DNA of 64,000 nucleotides from Eledone cirrhosa (taxonomy: Eukaryota). Where the stretch lies: contig OZ024741.1 in the NCBI GenBank assembly GCA_964016885.1, positions 224,130,001 through 224,194,000 of the forward strand, read 5' to 3'. Position 1 is the first letter of the stretch. Every line of letters begins with the position of its first letter. The notes beneath the pieces were generated by a model, which saw only the letters and a list, made by a program, of their open reading frames with translations, did not search any database and was not told where the DNA came from. This document shows, piece by piece, positions 49,260-62,830 of this stretch. A program made the position numbers and the translations under genes.

Positions 49260-51929
49260 TTAAGTGTATTTCAATAAAGATGTGCTACATGTCACTCTTC
49301 AATACATTTGAGATATATTGTATGTATGGTCCCATAACCCCTGATGCAGATCTAGAGGGTGCTTTCATGACATACAACATATTTTGGGTACTTTAAATTT
49401 GGCAGAGCCCACTCCGTCCCCAGGTCTGATCATGGGTGATTTCTTCGATAGAGAGAGGGAGGAAATGAGAACAAGTTATAGAGGAAGAATTGACTCCAGT
49501 ACTTGAAAGGTACTATTAATCAACCTTGAAAAGATGAAAGGCAAAGTTGACTATAGTGGGATTTGAACTTAGAGTGCAAAAGGCCAGAATGAATAGCACA
49601 AATCTAATGACTCTGCTAATTTGCTACTTTTTTCATTTGAGATATATTATGAAGTAAAAATTAGTTTTAAATGGAAATGGAAAGTGGGTCATGGGACTTG
49701 GTTTGCTAGAAAGAAGTAAAGCTCTGCAACTCAGCTCCAATGTTAGAATTCCTCTTTAAATGATTTGAAACCTTATTAAAACATCATTGAAATTGAACAG
49801 AATTTCTCAAGAAAAGTGGTGACTTAATGTATAAAGAACTGCTGTTGCAGTATCTTTTAGATCCCTGGCAATAAAAACGATTAGATTTGATATATTTCTG
49901 TTATCATTTAAAAAAGGAAAATTACTTTTAAAAAATGGAGAAGGGAGAAACTTTGGTTATATTTGAAAAATAATAAAATAAATCTAAAAATAAAATAGAA
50001 ACTCACGTTGGAAGTAAAAATTAGCGACTTGCCTTAAAAATTTGATAGAAAATTCTATTTTACCCATAGGAGTTTCTTGATTTTCTTTTTATTCTTTTCA
50101 AAACTTTCTCCACAATTTAATGATACAGAGTTATCGATATTATCCAGAGAGAAATTTTGGTAGATTTCTTAACATTAAGCTAATAATTGTGATATTGAGG
50201 GAAACACGGTAATATAGTGACATTTCTTTGTGGAAAACATTCAATGAATCATTTTGTATGTAACCCTTCAATTCTAAAATTGAAATTCTTTATGATTCTT
50301 TGATAAAAGCAGTAAAAGAAATGGAATTGAACTGATAACATTTAATAAGAAAAATAAACTGTTAGAATTGTATTTTATTCAAAGAAACTAAATTTGAACA
50401 GAGGAAAAAATATAAAACAAACATTAATGTTTGTATATGTGTGTGTGTTTGGCAGAATTTTAAAATTATTTACTGTTTACTGAAATTTTGCAAAAGATTT
50501 CGATTTTATTTATTTTCGTTTATTTATTTATTTCAATAAAAGTATAAGCATGTTATCTTTGTCAGTGAAACAAACATATTAACTATACATTGTTGAAAAT
50601 GAAACATTATTCGAGATAGCAAATTCTGTTAAGGGAAGATATATTAACCTCCCTGCCGCAGCAACCAACACATTATTCTCATTATTTACTTATATTTTCC
50701 ATACTTTCCTCTGAGATCCAATTAAAGTTTTTATCTTTTATTTGATATTGGTTTTACTTTTTGTCTAAGAAGAGGGGTGGCATACAGTAGTTAAGGTTTG
50801 AAAGTAGTAAACTATAAGTAGTGAATCTGATGTTTATTGAAGAGAATAGAGAGATAGTAATTGGGTGGTGGTAGTAGTGGTTATATAAACCAAAGGTAGA
50901 GTGTATAAGTGCTGATAGTGGTGGTATGTATATATGAACCAGTAACTCTTGTTGGAGTCATGCGGGTGATATCAAGACATACAGTATTCTTTGGGCATTT
51001 TAAACCTGGAGGAACCCATTACTTCTCCAGGTTTGAACACATCTGATTTCTTTCAGAGAAGGAGGGAGAGAGAGAGAGTGAGAAAGAGACACAGAGGAAG
51101 AATCGACCCCAGCACTGGACTAATACTTTTCTTATCTACCTTGAAAAGATGAAAGACAATGTTGACTTTGGTGGATTTTTAACCCAGAACATAGACAGCA
51201 GGAATGATTACCACAAGGCATTCTATCCAATGTTCTAATGATTCTGCCAATTCGCCACATCTAGTAGTGTTGGTTCTGATGGTAGTGGTGGTTATGGTGG
51301 TGGTCATGGTGGTGGTTGTGTTGGTGGCAGTGGTAGTGGTGGTAGTGATAATTATATAAACCAGAGGTTGAGTGGTGGTTGTAGAGGTGACTGGTGGCGG
51401 TTGTGTTGGTGGCAGTGGTAGTGGTGGTTGCATTGGTAATGGTGGTTGCAGTGGTAGTGATAGTTATACAAATCAGAGGTTGAGTGGTGGTTGTGGTGGT
51501 TTGGTGGTAGTGTTGATTATATAATCTAGAGTTAGAGAGTGGTACTAGTAGTGGTGGTAGTGATAGTTATATAAACCAAAGGTTGAGTGGTGGTTGTGTT
51601 GGTGGCAGTGGTGGTGGTGGTTGCAGTGCAAGCAATAATTATATAAACCAGAGGTTGAGTGGTGGTTGTGTTGGTGGCAGTGGTGGTGGTGGTGGTTGCA
51701 GTGCAAGCAATAATTATATAAACTAGAGGTTGAGTAGCTGCTGAAGTGAAGGTTGCTGTATAAACCCGAAGTTGATGGAGGTAATCTAGAAGTATAGTTA
51801 GTGAGGTGTAATTAAAAGTTGTGAACCACAGGTGAGTTAACGAGGTAGAGATTGATGGTAGTAAACCAGAGATACAGTAGCTGAGGTATATTAAGGTGAT
51901 GGTAGTAAACCAGATGTAGTGTAGGTGTT

Positions 51930-54728
51930 GATGGTAGTAAACCAGATGTAGTGTTAACAGAGGTGTTGATGGTTGTAAACCAGATGTAGTGTTAACAGAG
52001 GTGTTGATGGTTGTAAACCAGATGTAGTGTTAACAGAGGTGTTGATGGTAGTAAACCAGATGTAGTGTTAACAGTGGTGTTGGTAGTAAACCAGATGTAG
52101 TGTTAACAGAGGTGTTGATGGTAGTAAACCAGATGTAGTGTTAACAGTGGTGTTGGTAGTAAACCAGATGTAGTGTTAACAGTGGTGTTGATGGTAGTAA
52201 ACCAGATGTAGTGTTAACAGTGGTGTTGATGGTTGTAAACCAGATGTAGTGTTAACAGTGGTGTTGATGGTAGTAAACCAGATGTAGTGTTAACAGTGGT
52301 GTTGGTAGTAAACCAGATGTAGTGTTAACAGTGGTGTTGATGGTAGTAAACCAGATGTAGTGTTAACAGTGGTGTTGATGGTAGTAAACCAGATGTAGTG
52401 TTAACAGTGGTGTTGGTAGTAAACCAGATGTAGTGTTAACAGTGGTGTTGATGGTTGTAAACCAGATGTAGTGTTAACAGTGGTGTTGATGGTAGTAAAC
52501 CAGATGTAGTGTTAACAGTGGTGTTGGTAGTAAACCAGATGTAGTGTTAACAGTGGTGTTGATGGTAGTAAACCAGATGTAGTGTTAACAGTGGTGTTGA
52601 TGGTTGTAAACCAGATGTAGTGTTAACAGTGGTGTTGATGGTTGTAAACCAGATGTAGTGTTAACAGTGGTGTTGGTAGTAAACCAGATGTAGTGTTAAC
52701 AGTGGTGTTGATGGTAGTAAACCAGATGTAGTGTTAACAGTGGTGTTGATGGTAGTAAACCAGATGTAGTGTTAACAGTGGTGTTGATGGTAGTAAACCA
52801 GATGTAGTGTTAACAGTGGTGTTGATGGTAGTAAACCAGATGTAGTGTTAACAGTAGTGTTGATGGTAGTAAACCAGATGTAGTGTTAACAGTGGTGTTG
52901 ATGGTAGTAAACCAGATGTAGTGTTAATAGTGGTGTTGATGGTAGTAAACCAGATGTAGTGTTAACAGTGGTGTTGATGGTAGTAAACCAGATGTAGTGT
53001 TAATAGTGGTGTTGATGGTAGTAAACCAGATGTAGTGTTAACAGTGGTGTTGGTAGTAAACCAGATGTAGTGTTAACAGTGGTGTTGGTAGTAAACCAGA
53101 TGTAGTGTTAACAGTGGTGTTGGTAGTAAACCAGATGTAGTGTTAACAGTGGTGTTGATGGTTGTAAACCAGATGTAGTGTTAACAGTGGTGTTGATGGT
53201 AGTAAACCAGATGTAGTGTTAACAGTGGTGTTGATGGTAGTAAACCAGATGTAGTGTTAACAGTGGTGTTGATGGTAGTAAACCAGATGTAGTGTTAACA
53301 GTGGTGTTGGTAGTAAACCAGATGTAGTGTTAACAGTGGTGTTGATGGTAGTAAACCAGATGTAGTGTTAACAGTGGTGTTGATGGTAGTAAACCAGATG
53401 TAGTGTTAACAGTGGTGTTGATGGTAGTAAACCAGATGTAGTGTTAACAGTGGTGTTGATGGTAGTAAACCAGATGTAGTGTTAACAGTGGTGTTGGTAG
53501 TAAACCAGATGTAGTGTTAACAGTGGTGTTGATGGTAGTAAACCAGATGTAGTGTTAACAGTGGTGTTGATGGTAGTAAACCAGATGTAGTGTTAACAGT
53601 GGTGTTGATGGTAGTAAACCAGATGTAGTGTTAACAGTGGTGTTGATGGTAGTAAACCAGATGTAGTGTTAACAGTGGTGTTGATGGTAGTAAACCAGAT
53701 GTAGTGTTAATAGTGGTGTTGGTAGTAAACCAGATGTAGTGTTAACAGTGGTGTTGATGGTAGTAAACCAGATGTAGTGTTAACAGTGGTTTTGGTAGTA
53801 AACCAGATGTAGTGTTAACAGTGGTGTTGATGGTTGTAAACCAGATGTAGTGTAGCTGTTGATGGTTTTAAACCAGATGTAGAGTTAACAGTGGTGTTGA
53901 TGGTAGTAAACCAGATGTAGTGTTAACAGTGGTGTTGATGGTAGTAAACCAGATGTAGTGTTAACAGTGGTTTTGGTAGTAAACCAGATGTAGTGTTAAC
54001 AGTGGTATTGATGGTAGTAAACCAGATGTAGTGTTAACAGTGGTGTTGATGGTAGTAAACCAGATGTAGTGTTAACAGTGGTGTTGATGGTAGTAAACCA
54101 GATGTAGTGTTAACAGTGGTTTTGGTAGTAAACCAGATGTAGTGTTAACAGTGGTGTTGATGGTAGTAAACCAGATGTAGTGTTAACAGTGGTATTGATG
54201 GTAGTAAACCAGATGTAGTGTTAACAGTGGTGTTGATGGTCGTAAACTAGATGTAGTGTTAACAGTGGTGTTGATGGTAGTAAACCAGATGTAGTGTAGC
54301 TGTTGATGGTTTTAAACCAGATGTAGAGTTAACAGTGGTGTTGATGGTAGTAAACCAGATGTAGTGTTAACAGTGGCGTTGATGGTAGTAAACCAGATGT
54401 AGTGTTAACAGTGGTGTTGATGGTAGTAAACCAGATGTAGTGTTAACAGTGGTGTTGATGGTAGTAAACCAGATGTAGTGTAGCTGTTGATGGTTTTAAA
54501 CCAGATGTAGAGTTAACAGTGGTGTTGATGGTAGTAAACCAGATGTAGTGTTAACAGTGGTGTTGGTAGTAAACCAGATGTAGTGTTAACAGTGGTGTTG
54601 ATGGTAGTAAACCAGATGTAGTGTTAACAGTGGTGTTGATGGTAGTAAACCAGATGTAGTGTTAACAGTGGTGTTGATGGTAGTAAACCAGATGTAGTGT
54701 TAACAGTGGTGTTGATGGTAGTAAACCA
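51930..54728. repeat. 38-bp minisatellite (35-bp variant lacking GAT), ~75 copies
   Basis: Unit gatggtagtaaaccagatgtagtgttaacagtggtgtt; no unique spacers. Confidence 0.98.
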
Positions 54729-55779
54729 GTGGTGCACTTACTAAGGTATGGGATGTTGATAGTAAACCAGAGACAGAGTTACCTAAGTGGAGGATGGTGT
54801 TAGTGAACCAGTGGTACAGTAACTCATATGCAGATGATAGCTTAATGGGGAGGTGAATGATTGTGTTTGCCATGAAGATCAATTTGATGTGTTTAATGTT
54901 TTATTTGGTAAGATGAATTTTACCTGATAGCACACGGATAACATGTAGAAGAATCCTCAACAAAACATCATCCATCTCTTGTTATTTTGCATATTAACAA
55001 ATTCTGACAAAAGCAATATTTAGTATATAATAGTAGAGAAAAATAAATAGGTCTTTTTTGTTTGAAATAAAGTTTTTATATTTTGTCAGTAACTAATTTA
55101 GAAAGGATGTTCCAAATTGTTTCGGATACATGAAATTACATATTTATAATCAGACAACTAGATAATCAAGACTTGTTCTTCAGAGAATTTGATTAAAGAC
55201 TTTGGCATGAGGAAAAACATGAGGAAAAACAGAGATTTTTTTACTTTTAATTTGTGGGTTGAAATATTTTAAGAGTTTGAATTCAAAATAAGTGCAAAGA
55301 GATTGAATTTGTATGTACCCTTGGGATTGAGAGAGAAAGAGAGAGATAAGCTAGAAAAAGTGAGCTATGGATTAAATAGAGTAAAAAATGCACAGGTTGA
55401 CAGGTAGTCTGCCATGCTGGCCTAAGCCAATAGTGGTTAACACTGCTTACTTGATCATTTGCAACAATCTCAAAAGAAATGCTTGACAGTTGTCTATTTC
55501 ATGTTTAAACCAAATGACCACCTCCTGTAGTGTTTGATAATTTGGTGGGAATTTGTGTACCAAATTTACTTTTTTTTTCAGATGACAAAATGGTGATATA
55601 CAATTTTGCCACAATAGTAAACTAGACATACAGTTATTGAACTATGTGATAACAGTTGTAAAACGAAGGTACATTTAGGGTGGTAAGTCATGTTGGTAGT
55701 CTATCAGCAGTTGAGTTAGGAAAGTAAGGTTTAGAGTTTGTAGACTATTACTACAGTAAAAGATGCTCAGTACTAAATC

Positions 55780-55942
55780 ATATATGGGCAGCTTTTTTTA
55801 ACAGTGGGCCACATAGGATGTGGATCATCATAAGGTGGGTCGCACTTCTAACAAATTCACGACAATTTTAAAATCAGGCATGCCATTCAGAAAGCCAAAT
55901 GAGCCACATGTGGCTCACAGGCTGCAGTTTGCCCGTGAATGA
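55780..55942. mobile_element. Decayed hAT-like MITE (related copy at ~61030-61155)
   Basis: Shared ccattcagaaagccaaatg..cagtttgccc; degenerate TIRs. Confidence 0.45.
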
Positions 55943-56051
55943 TGGTAAGAATTAAACCAGTGGTACTGTTACTAAGGTATTAGTGATGGTAGAAAACCTG
56001 AGATAGAGTAACTGAATAATGGATTGGTGATAGTAATGGGCCCTTTGCCAA

Positions 56052-56270
56052 GTTACTACTGTTGTTGTTACTACTGTTGCTGTTACTACTGTTGCTATTA
56101 CTACTGTTGCTGTTACTACTGTTGCTGTTACTACTGTTGCTGTTACTACTGTTGCTGTTACTACTGTTGCTATTACTACTGTTGCTGTTACTACTGTTGC
56201 TGTTACTACTGTTGCTGTTACTACTGTTGCTGTTACTACTGTTGCTGTTACTACTGTTGCTATTACTACT
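56052..56270. repeat. 15-bp minisatellite (TTACTACTGTTGCTG)n, ~14 copies
   Basis: Direct observation. Confidence 0.97.
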
Positions 56271-56734
56271 GGTGAGGCACTAGATGACACTCCATTCCTA
56301 CCTTTCAATGATGCATGCTTAGATTTAGGTTTAGATTTAGAAAATAAAGTTTATAGAACCTTGTTGGCGTTAGGAAGGGCAGTTGGCATTAGGAAAGGCA
56401 TCTAGCCATAGAAAACCACCCAGAAACTCTTTTTTATATGAGTGAGACACGGTCACCCGACCCAACTTGCTTCTAATTGTGACAAACCCGTCTAACCCAT
56501 GCTAGCATGGAAGATAGACGTTAATTGACGATGATGATGATGAGAACCATACTGAAATATGTTCCTTGCAAAAGAGTGTCTGTCCAGAATGTTCTGAAAC
56601 TCCCTCACTCCATCTTCATTCCCTCCTCCAGTACTAAAGCCTGGCATTGAACCTCAGTGGTAACAAATGATTCAGTTACTTCTTAACTATTTGGTCATTC
56701 TGTATCCGTCATTGGATAATACCTCTAAGCAAAG

Positions 56735-56990
56735 GGTTAGGGTGTTAGGCTCACGATTATAAGATCATGAGTTCAATTCCTGAACAGGTGGCACATTGTG
56801 TTCTTGAGCAAAGCACTATATTTTACATTGTTTCAGTCCACTCAGCTGACAAAAACCAGTTGTACCTGTAATTCAAGGGACCAGCCTTTTCACATATTGT
56901 GTCATGCTGAATCTCCGAGAAGTACATTAAGGGTGCATGTGTCTGTGAAATACTCAGCCACCTATGCATTAATTTCACAAGGAGGTAACA
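56735..56990 (+). mobile_element. tRNA-derived SINE family C
   Basis: GAGTTCAATTCC B box, cttgagcaaagcact head and a distinct body. Confidence 0.65.
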
Positions 56991-57880
56991 AAAAATCACA
57001 TACTTCTAAGAAGACAAGATGGTCATTGATAGAATGCTATTTATTATAAGTGTGCTCAATCGGAATTAACGTGTGACTAAGCAACAACAACTGTTCATTA
57101 ACCCCTTTGTTATCAACCCACCTGAAACTGCCCTAGATTTATTATACAAAACTGTTCATTTTAAAACCTTCCATCATCATTTTATTTTATAAATTTCTAT
57201 CAAGATGAAAAATTTAGTTATTTTAAATTTCTCAAAAGGTTATTTTCAAAATTGATATTCAGTTCCAGATTCAGTGGCATTAAAACAAATCATTAAAAAA
57301 AATAATGTGCTTTTTTTTTAGAGGGCTACAGAAATGTAAATTAGGACATTAAATTTTGAAAATAATGATAACAAAGTTGTCATTGAAGGGATTTTATCCT
57401 GAAATTAAACATCTCCAGAGAAGGCGGTGAATTGGCAGAGTTATTAGAATGTTGGATTGGTATTCATTTCGGCTCTCTGCTCTCTGAGTTTAAATCCTGC
57501 CAGGGTTAACTTTGCCTTTCACACATTTGAAGTCAATAAAAAAGTACCAGTCTAGTACTGGGGTCGATTCTTCCTCTATCTCTTTTTCTCACTCTCTATC
57601 CTTCTCGGGAAGAAATCAGCTGAGTTCAGACATGAAATGACATAGGCTCTGCCAGGTTTTAAAATGTCTCAGAAATGCTGAATGACAATATGGTGCCCCT
57701 ACGAGTCCCTCAAAAGTTACAGGACCATGCATGCATGCACACATCTCCAAGGTAACATTCCAACATCTTAATCCTTATTTTTAGCGTTTAATGTCTTATT
57801 TGTATTGCTGTAGTTTCCTAAATACACACACATATACACACACACACACTCACACATTATTTTCTACACATTTTCTTTAC

Positions 57881-58067
57881 GGGCGGTGGATTGGCAGTAT
57901 CGGTAGAGGGTCGGACGCCATGCTTTGACGCATAGTGTTACGGCCCTTTTCATTCTGAGTTCAAATCCTGTCGAGGTTAACTTTGCCTTTCATCCTTACG
58001 GGGTCGATAAAATAAAGTACAAGTCATGTACTGGGTAATTGCTGGCCTTGTGCCAAAAGTAGAAACA
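57881..58067 (+). mobile_element. SINE family B, full length
   Basis: 17-bp TSD ATTATTTTCTACACATT at 57856-57872 and 58068-58084. Confidence 0.92.
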
Positions 58068-58084
58068 ATTATTTTCTACACATT

Positions 58085-58570
58085 ACACAATGCTTCAAGC
58101 AAACTTTATTGTTTATTTTTTGGAGGGGTCCAAAGGAAGGGGCAGTGCCCATGACCTTTGCAAGCCCTCCAAGGCTGGTGAGATTGATGCTGTTGTTTTT
58201 CTTAAACTGTTGTGAGTTGATGCCTGTATGAAAGACATAAGTAGGAGGGAATTCTAGAGAAGTGACAAGATGAAGAAAGATGTCACAAATCCAGTTCTGT
58301 CTATCTATCATAGCAGAATGTTGATGTACATTGTATGGCATTTCTGTTTATGGGGAGTGTGGAAAAAGAGTGTGCCTTCGTTGGTGCACTGAAATGTCTT
58401 TTGAAAGTGCACCAAAACAGGACCATAACACATACTGCGAGAGGCCCCCATTGTTGCAATGTCTGTGCAATAGTGTGCAAGTCCCTACCAGGACTAAAAA
58501 GCCACATCCGTGCTGCTCATGCTTAAGTATCAAGCAATAGCATTACTCGAAATTGAGTTGCAGCCATCAT
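58085..58570 (+). mobile_element. Decayed RTE 3' end with C-terminal zinc finger
   Basis: HCCNVCAIVCKSLPGLKSHIRAAHA*; the 3' UTR is also present at ~31410-31515. Confidence 0.7.
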
Positions 58571-58702
58571 GTATGTATATATGTATGTATGTATGTATGT
58601 ATATATGCATGTATGTATGTATGTATGTATGTATGTATGTATGTATGTATGTATGTATGTATGTATGTATGTATGTATGCATGCATGCATGCATGTATGT
58701 AT

Positions 58703-59090
58703 GTCAAGGCAGAATTCTAGGAGAAGGAAAACTCTGATATAACACCTGCAACTCTGATGGTATCCAATGATGTTGACTTGTTGTTCTTTTTGGTAAATAT
58801 CATCTTGGTTAAGAGAGTGGGACTGGCTTTGTGCAGTGCCTTTGCTCACTATAACAGCTTCACGGCACAGGCATTGCTTTATATCTGGAGATCTCTCTGC
58901 ACTTGTCATCACATGGTACTATGTGCCCAGCACTATGTGTCAATAATTGTCACAAGTGTAGTGTTTTTACCTGAGTTTTCAAGTCGCTGGCTGGACTAAA
59001 AAGTCACACTCGTTCAGCGCATCGGTAGGGGTTCTCCTACATGGATATAAAGTAGTGGCCGTACTCGAAAACGAGTTGGCAGCCACCATG
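58703..59090 (+). mobile_element. 5'-truncated copy of the bipartite RTE derivative in (TATG)n
   Basis: Reverse complement of 33858-34246. Confidence 0.85.
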
Positions 59091-59417
59091 TATGTATGTA
59101 TGTATGTATGTATGTATGTATGTATGTATGTATGTATATGTAAGTTTGTGTGTTTATGAATGTATGTATGTATGTATATATGTATGTATATGTAAGTTTG
59201 TGTGTTTATGAATGTATGTATATATGCATGTATGTATGTATGTATGTATGTATGTATGCATGTATGTATGCATGTGTGTATGTATGCATGTATGCATGTA
59301 TGTATGCATGTATGTATGTATGTATGCATGTATGCATGTATGTATGCATGTATGTATGGATGTGTGTATGTATGCATGTATGCATATATGTATGCATGTG
59401 TGTATGTATATATGTGT

Positions 59418-59730
59418 GAAGGTGCATGGCTTAGTGGTTAAAGTGTTGGGCTTGCAATTAAAAGGTTGTGAGTTCTATTCTTGGACCTGGTGATGCATTG
59501 TGTTCTTGAGCAAGACACTTTATTTCACGTTGCTCCAGTTTACTCAGTTGTGACGTCACTGGGGCCAAGCTGTATCAACCATTGCCTTTCCCTTGGACAA
59601 CATCGGTGGAGTGGAGAGTATGCATGGGCGACTGCTGGTCTTCCACAAACACACCTTGCCCAGGCTTATGCCTTGGAGGGAAACCTTTTAGGTGCAAAAC
59701 CATGATCACTAGTGACCGATGGGGGGCCTT
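59418..59730 (+). mobile_element. tRNA-derived SINE family E
   Basis: Same head as family A, different body; body copy on the minus strand at 63630-63785. Confidence 0.78.
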
Positions 59731-61854
59731 AATGTATGTATGTCTATAAATGCTTCCAGGAATCACAAGATATTGACAACGTTCAACTGAGGATTCAGTT
59801 GTCTTAAAATGACATTATGATAGATCTGTTGCCAGATATGATGATGCTAGTCTATCACAGGTTATATTTTTGAAAGTTCCAGAAAGTATTCCTCATTGCA
59901 TATTATCTCCTAATGCCCTGTGCCACATGAAACTATATTAGCCTGGCACTCTTGGATAGTACAAAACAGCATTATGACTGCATCACATTAAAAATTGAAG
60001 TATTTACTACAAATTTTCACAACAGTGTATCCACTAGTGAAGATACTATAAACATTTGAATTAACAAACTCGTTTTTAGATATTTTCTGTTAAATAATTG
60101 TCTTTATTGTAATATTGCAAATTTTCACAACAATCTATCCACTAATAAATATACTATAAACATTTGAATTAACAAACCCATTTTTATATATTTTCTGCTA
60201 AACCATTACAGGATGTTAAGAGTTAAGTCCCTAGACAAGAGTCATATTAAAATGATTGCTGCAAATATACACATATGACATAGGAGTTGGTAGTTAAAGA
60301 TTTTACTCACTTAGGAATATTGCCTTAGTCTAGATTCTTATATATGTGTGCAATTGCAGAATCATCTAACCTATACTCACACAAGAAAATATTAAAAACT
60401 ATTAAAATGAATATTCTTGTACATGATATACATAAAATAAGATGTATTGTCTAAGAGATGAAATTTAAGAGAAAATGCTTCATAATGTTTAACACAAAAA
60501 CATTTTTCAAAATTTTGCAAATATGGTAAGATTTTATCAACTTCTTTGAAAAAAAGGTTGTCTTTTGAACTTCATAGTAATCTTTGATGAAATCTTGTTA
60601 GTTAGCTTAAATGTTTAAATGTTTAATCATCATATCTCTGTCTTTTTTTTTTCTTTTTCTTTATTCCAACCAGTTTTGAAATGGTTCTCTTAACTAACAG
60701 TAAAGTTCTTTCTTCTTTGATATCAAGACTGATTTAACAGCAAAGTGCTGGAATTAGTGACTTAGGTTACTGAGTTTAAATATTCAATGAAATTTGCTGC
60801 TAACTCACCTGTTCAGACAAATAAACAAAATACTTCACCTCTAGGTGATTGCTTGGCATGCCAGAAATAGCAACCAAAACTCCTTCAAATAACAACCTGC
60901 TATCTTAAATAAAAGAGAAAGACATATTAGATATTGGTAATGGTAGATTCTCCTATAAACCAATGGTATACCTTTGTTCTTCATAGAGCTGCTCAATCAG
61001 GTTTGATTTTGTCTAAACCAAGCAGGACCAAAAAAGTGGGCCCCATGAGATATGATTCATCATACGATGGGCCACACAAGTAAAAAAATTCAAGGTAATT
61101 TTTTTGTTAGGTGTACCATTCAGAAAGCCAAATGTGTCACAGTTTGCCCATGATTAGTCTAAACAATAACAGCTATAGGAAGAGAATACAAATGACTAAC
61201 AGGATTGGGTGGCAGACAATCAAATGTAAGGTTAATCAAATGTAAGGTTAATCAAATGTAAGATTACAGCTCTTTTCGATCTGAGTTCAAATCCTGCCAA
61301 GGTTAGCTTTGCTTTTTATTATTACGGGGTTGATAAAATAAAGTACCAATCACGCACTGGGGTGGATTTAATCGAATTTCCCCTCTCCCCAAATTGCTGG
61401 CCTTGTGCCTATATAAGAAACCATTATTATGGGGTTGATAAAATAAAGTAATAAAGTACCAGTAATACACTGGGGTTGATTTAGTCAACTTTCCCCTCCC
61501 CCAAAATGTTTGCCCTTGTACCTAAATCAGAAACCAATACACTGCTGCAAAAACACTTAACTTTTAATTGATAAATATAACTAACTGCAAAAACCTCATT
61601 CTTCTAGATAACTGTGTGATGTAGAATCAAATAGTCTTCTTCTTCTTGTGTATGAGACTGTTGTTGTCTTAGGTTGTTGTCATTCACCTGATTGAGATCA
61701 GAGATCAGTGATCAGCTTTCAGGGACCACTGTGAGGAGGTTGATATCTTGGGCCCCGATGAAATAGTGATTTATTGGTTTGCTGTACTGAGCTCAATTCA
61801 TCTTGAAGGTAAAAACAACCTGCAATGATTTGAAGGTTTTGCTGAAGAGCATTA

Positions 61855-62830
61855 ATCCTTTCATTACCATATTTCTCATAAAAGACACTACCAATGATTG
61901 TCAAATAATTTTTTAAATAATCAAGAATTTGAGGGTTTAGAAATATAACTAACTGTCTCATTATTAAGCTGGTGTTTAGGGTGGTAGATTAGCAGAATTG
62001 GTTGAACATCAAATAAAATACCATTGCCATCTTTGTTCTGGCTCTCTACATTTTCAATTCAAGTTATGCCAAGGCCAACTTTGCCTTCTTGAGTTGATAA
62101 AATAAAGTACCAGTTGCTTTAACCATTGCATTACCATATTTCTAATGAAAAAAAAAACACTGCTTATGATTGTTAAATGATTTTGAAAATAATCAAGAAT
62201 TTGGTGGGATTTGGTAATATAACTAACTTTCTCATTATTAAGCTGGTGTCTGGAACATAGCTTAACGAAGGTTACTACACAAAATAATTGTTTCTATATT
62301 TGGCACAAGGCCAGCAATTATCCCAGTGCATTACTGGTACTTTATTTTATCGACCCCGTAAGGATGAAAGGCAAAGTTAACCGTGGCAGGATTTGAACTC
62401 AGACCGTAAAGAGACGTAACTCTATGCTTCAAAGGATGGTGTCCGTCCCTCTACTGATACTGCCAATCCACCGGACAAAATAATGACGGAATGTTAGATA
62501 AAAATAGACATTTCAACCCTTTTGTTACCATATTTCTCATGAAAGATATTCTATATTGTTCATCTTTAATGCTATTATCATTGAAGGTAGGTGATAATAA
62601 TAGTAGACATTATATTAACGTGGGTTAATTCTTTTATTACCATATTTCTAATCAAAGACACTGCTTATGATTTTCAAATAATTTAAAAAATAATCAAGAA
62701 TTTGGAAGGATTTAGTAATATAATTAACTTTCTCATTATTAAGTTGGTGTTTGGAATATAGCTTAACAAAGGCTCTTAAAATTATGAGGGAAGGTATTTA
62801 GATAAATCTTATATTTACAGTAAACAGGTT
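61855..62830. mobile_element. Stacked fragments of a second AT-rich MITE-like family interleaved with SINEs
   Basis: ttaccatatttct..ataatcaagaatttg..ctcattattaagctggtg repeated three times; opposite-strand copies at ~13870-14125 and ~44560-44725. Confidence 0.6.

Noticed and set aside
51930-54728. CRISPR-like array (unit length 35-38 bp)
   Set aside because: Units are contiguous with no unique spacers, there are no cas genes, and the context is eukaryotic
55952-56308. (TATVV)n or YYCCC repeat protein
   Set aside because: 15-bp minisatellite with no gene context
61686-61825. Minus-strand exon candidate
   Set aside because: Weak acceptor, stops in all three frames and no recognisable product
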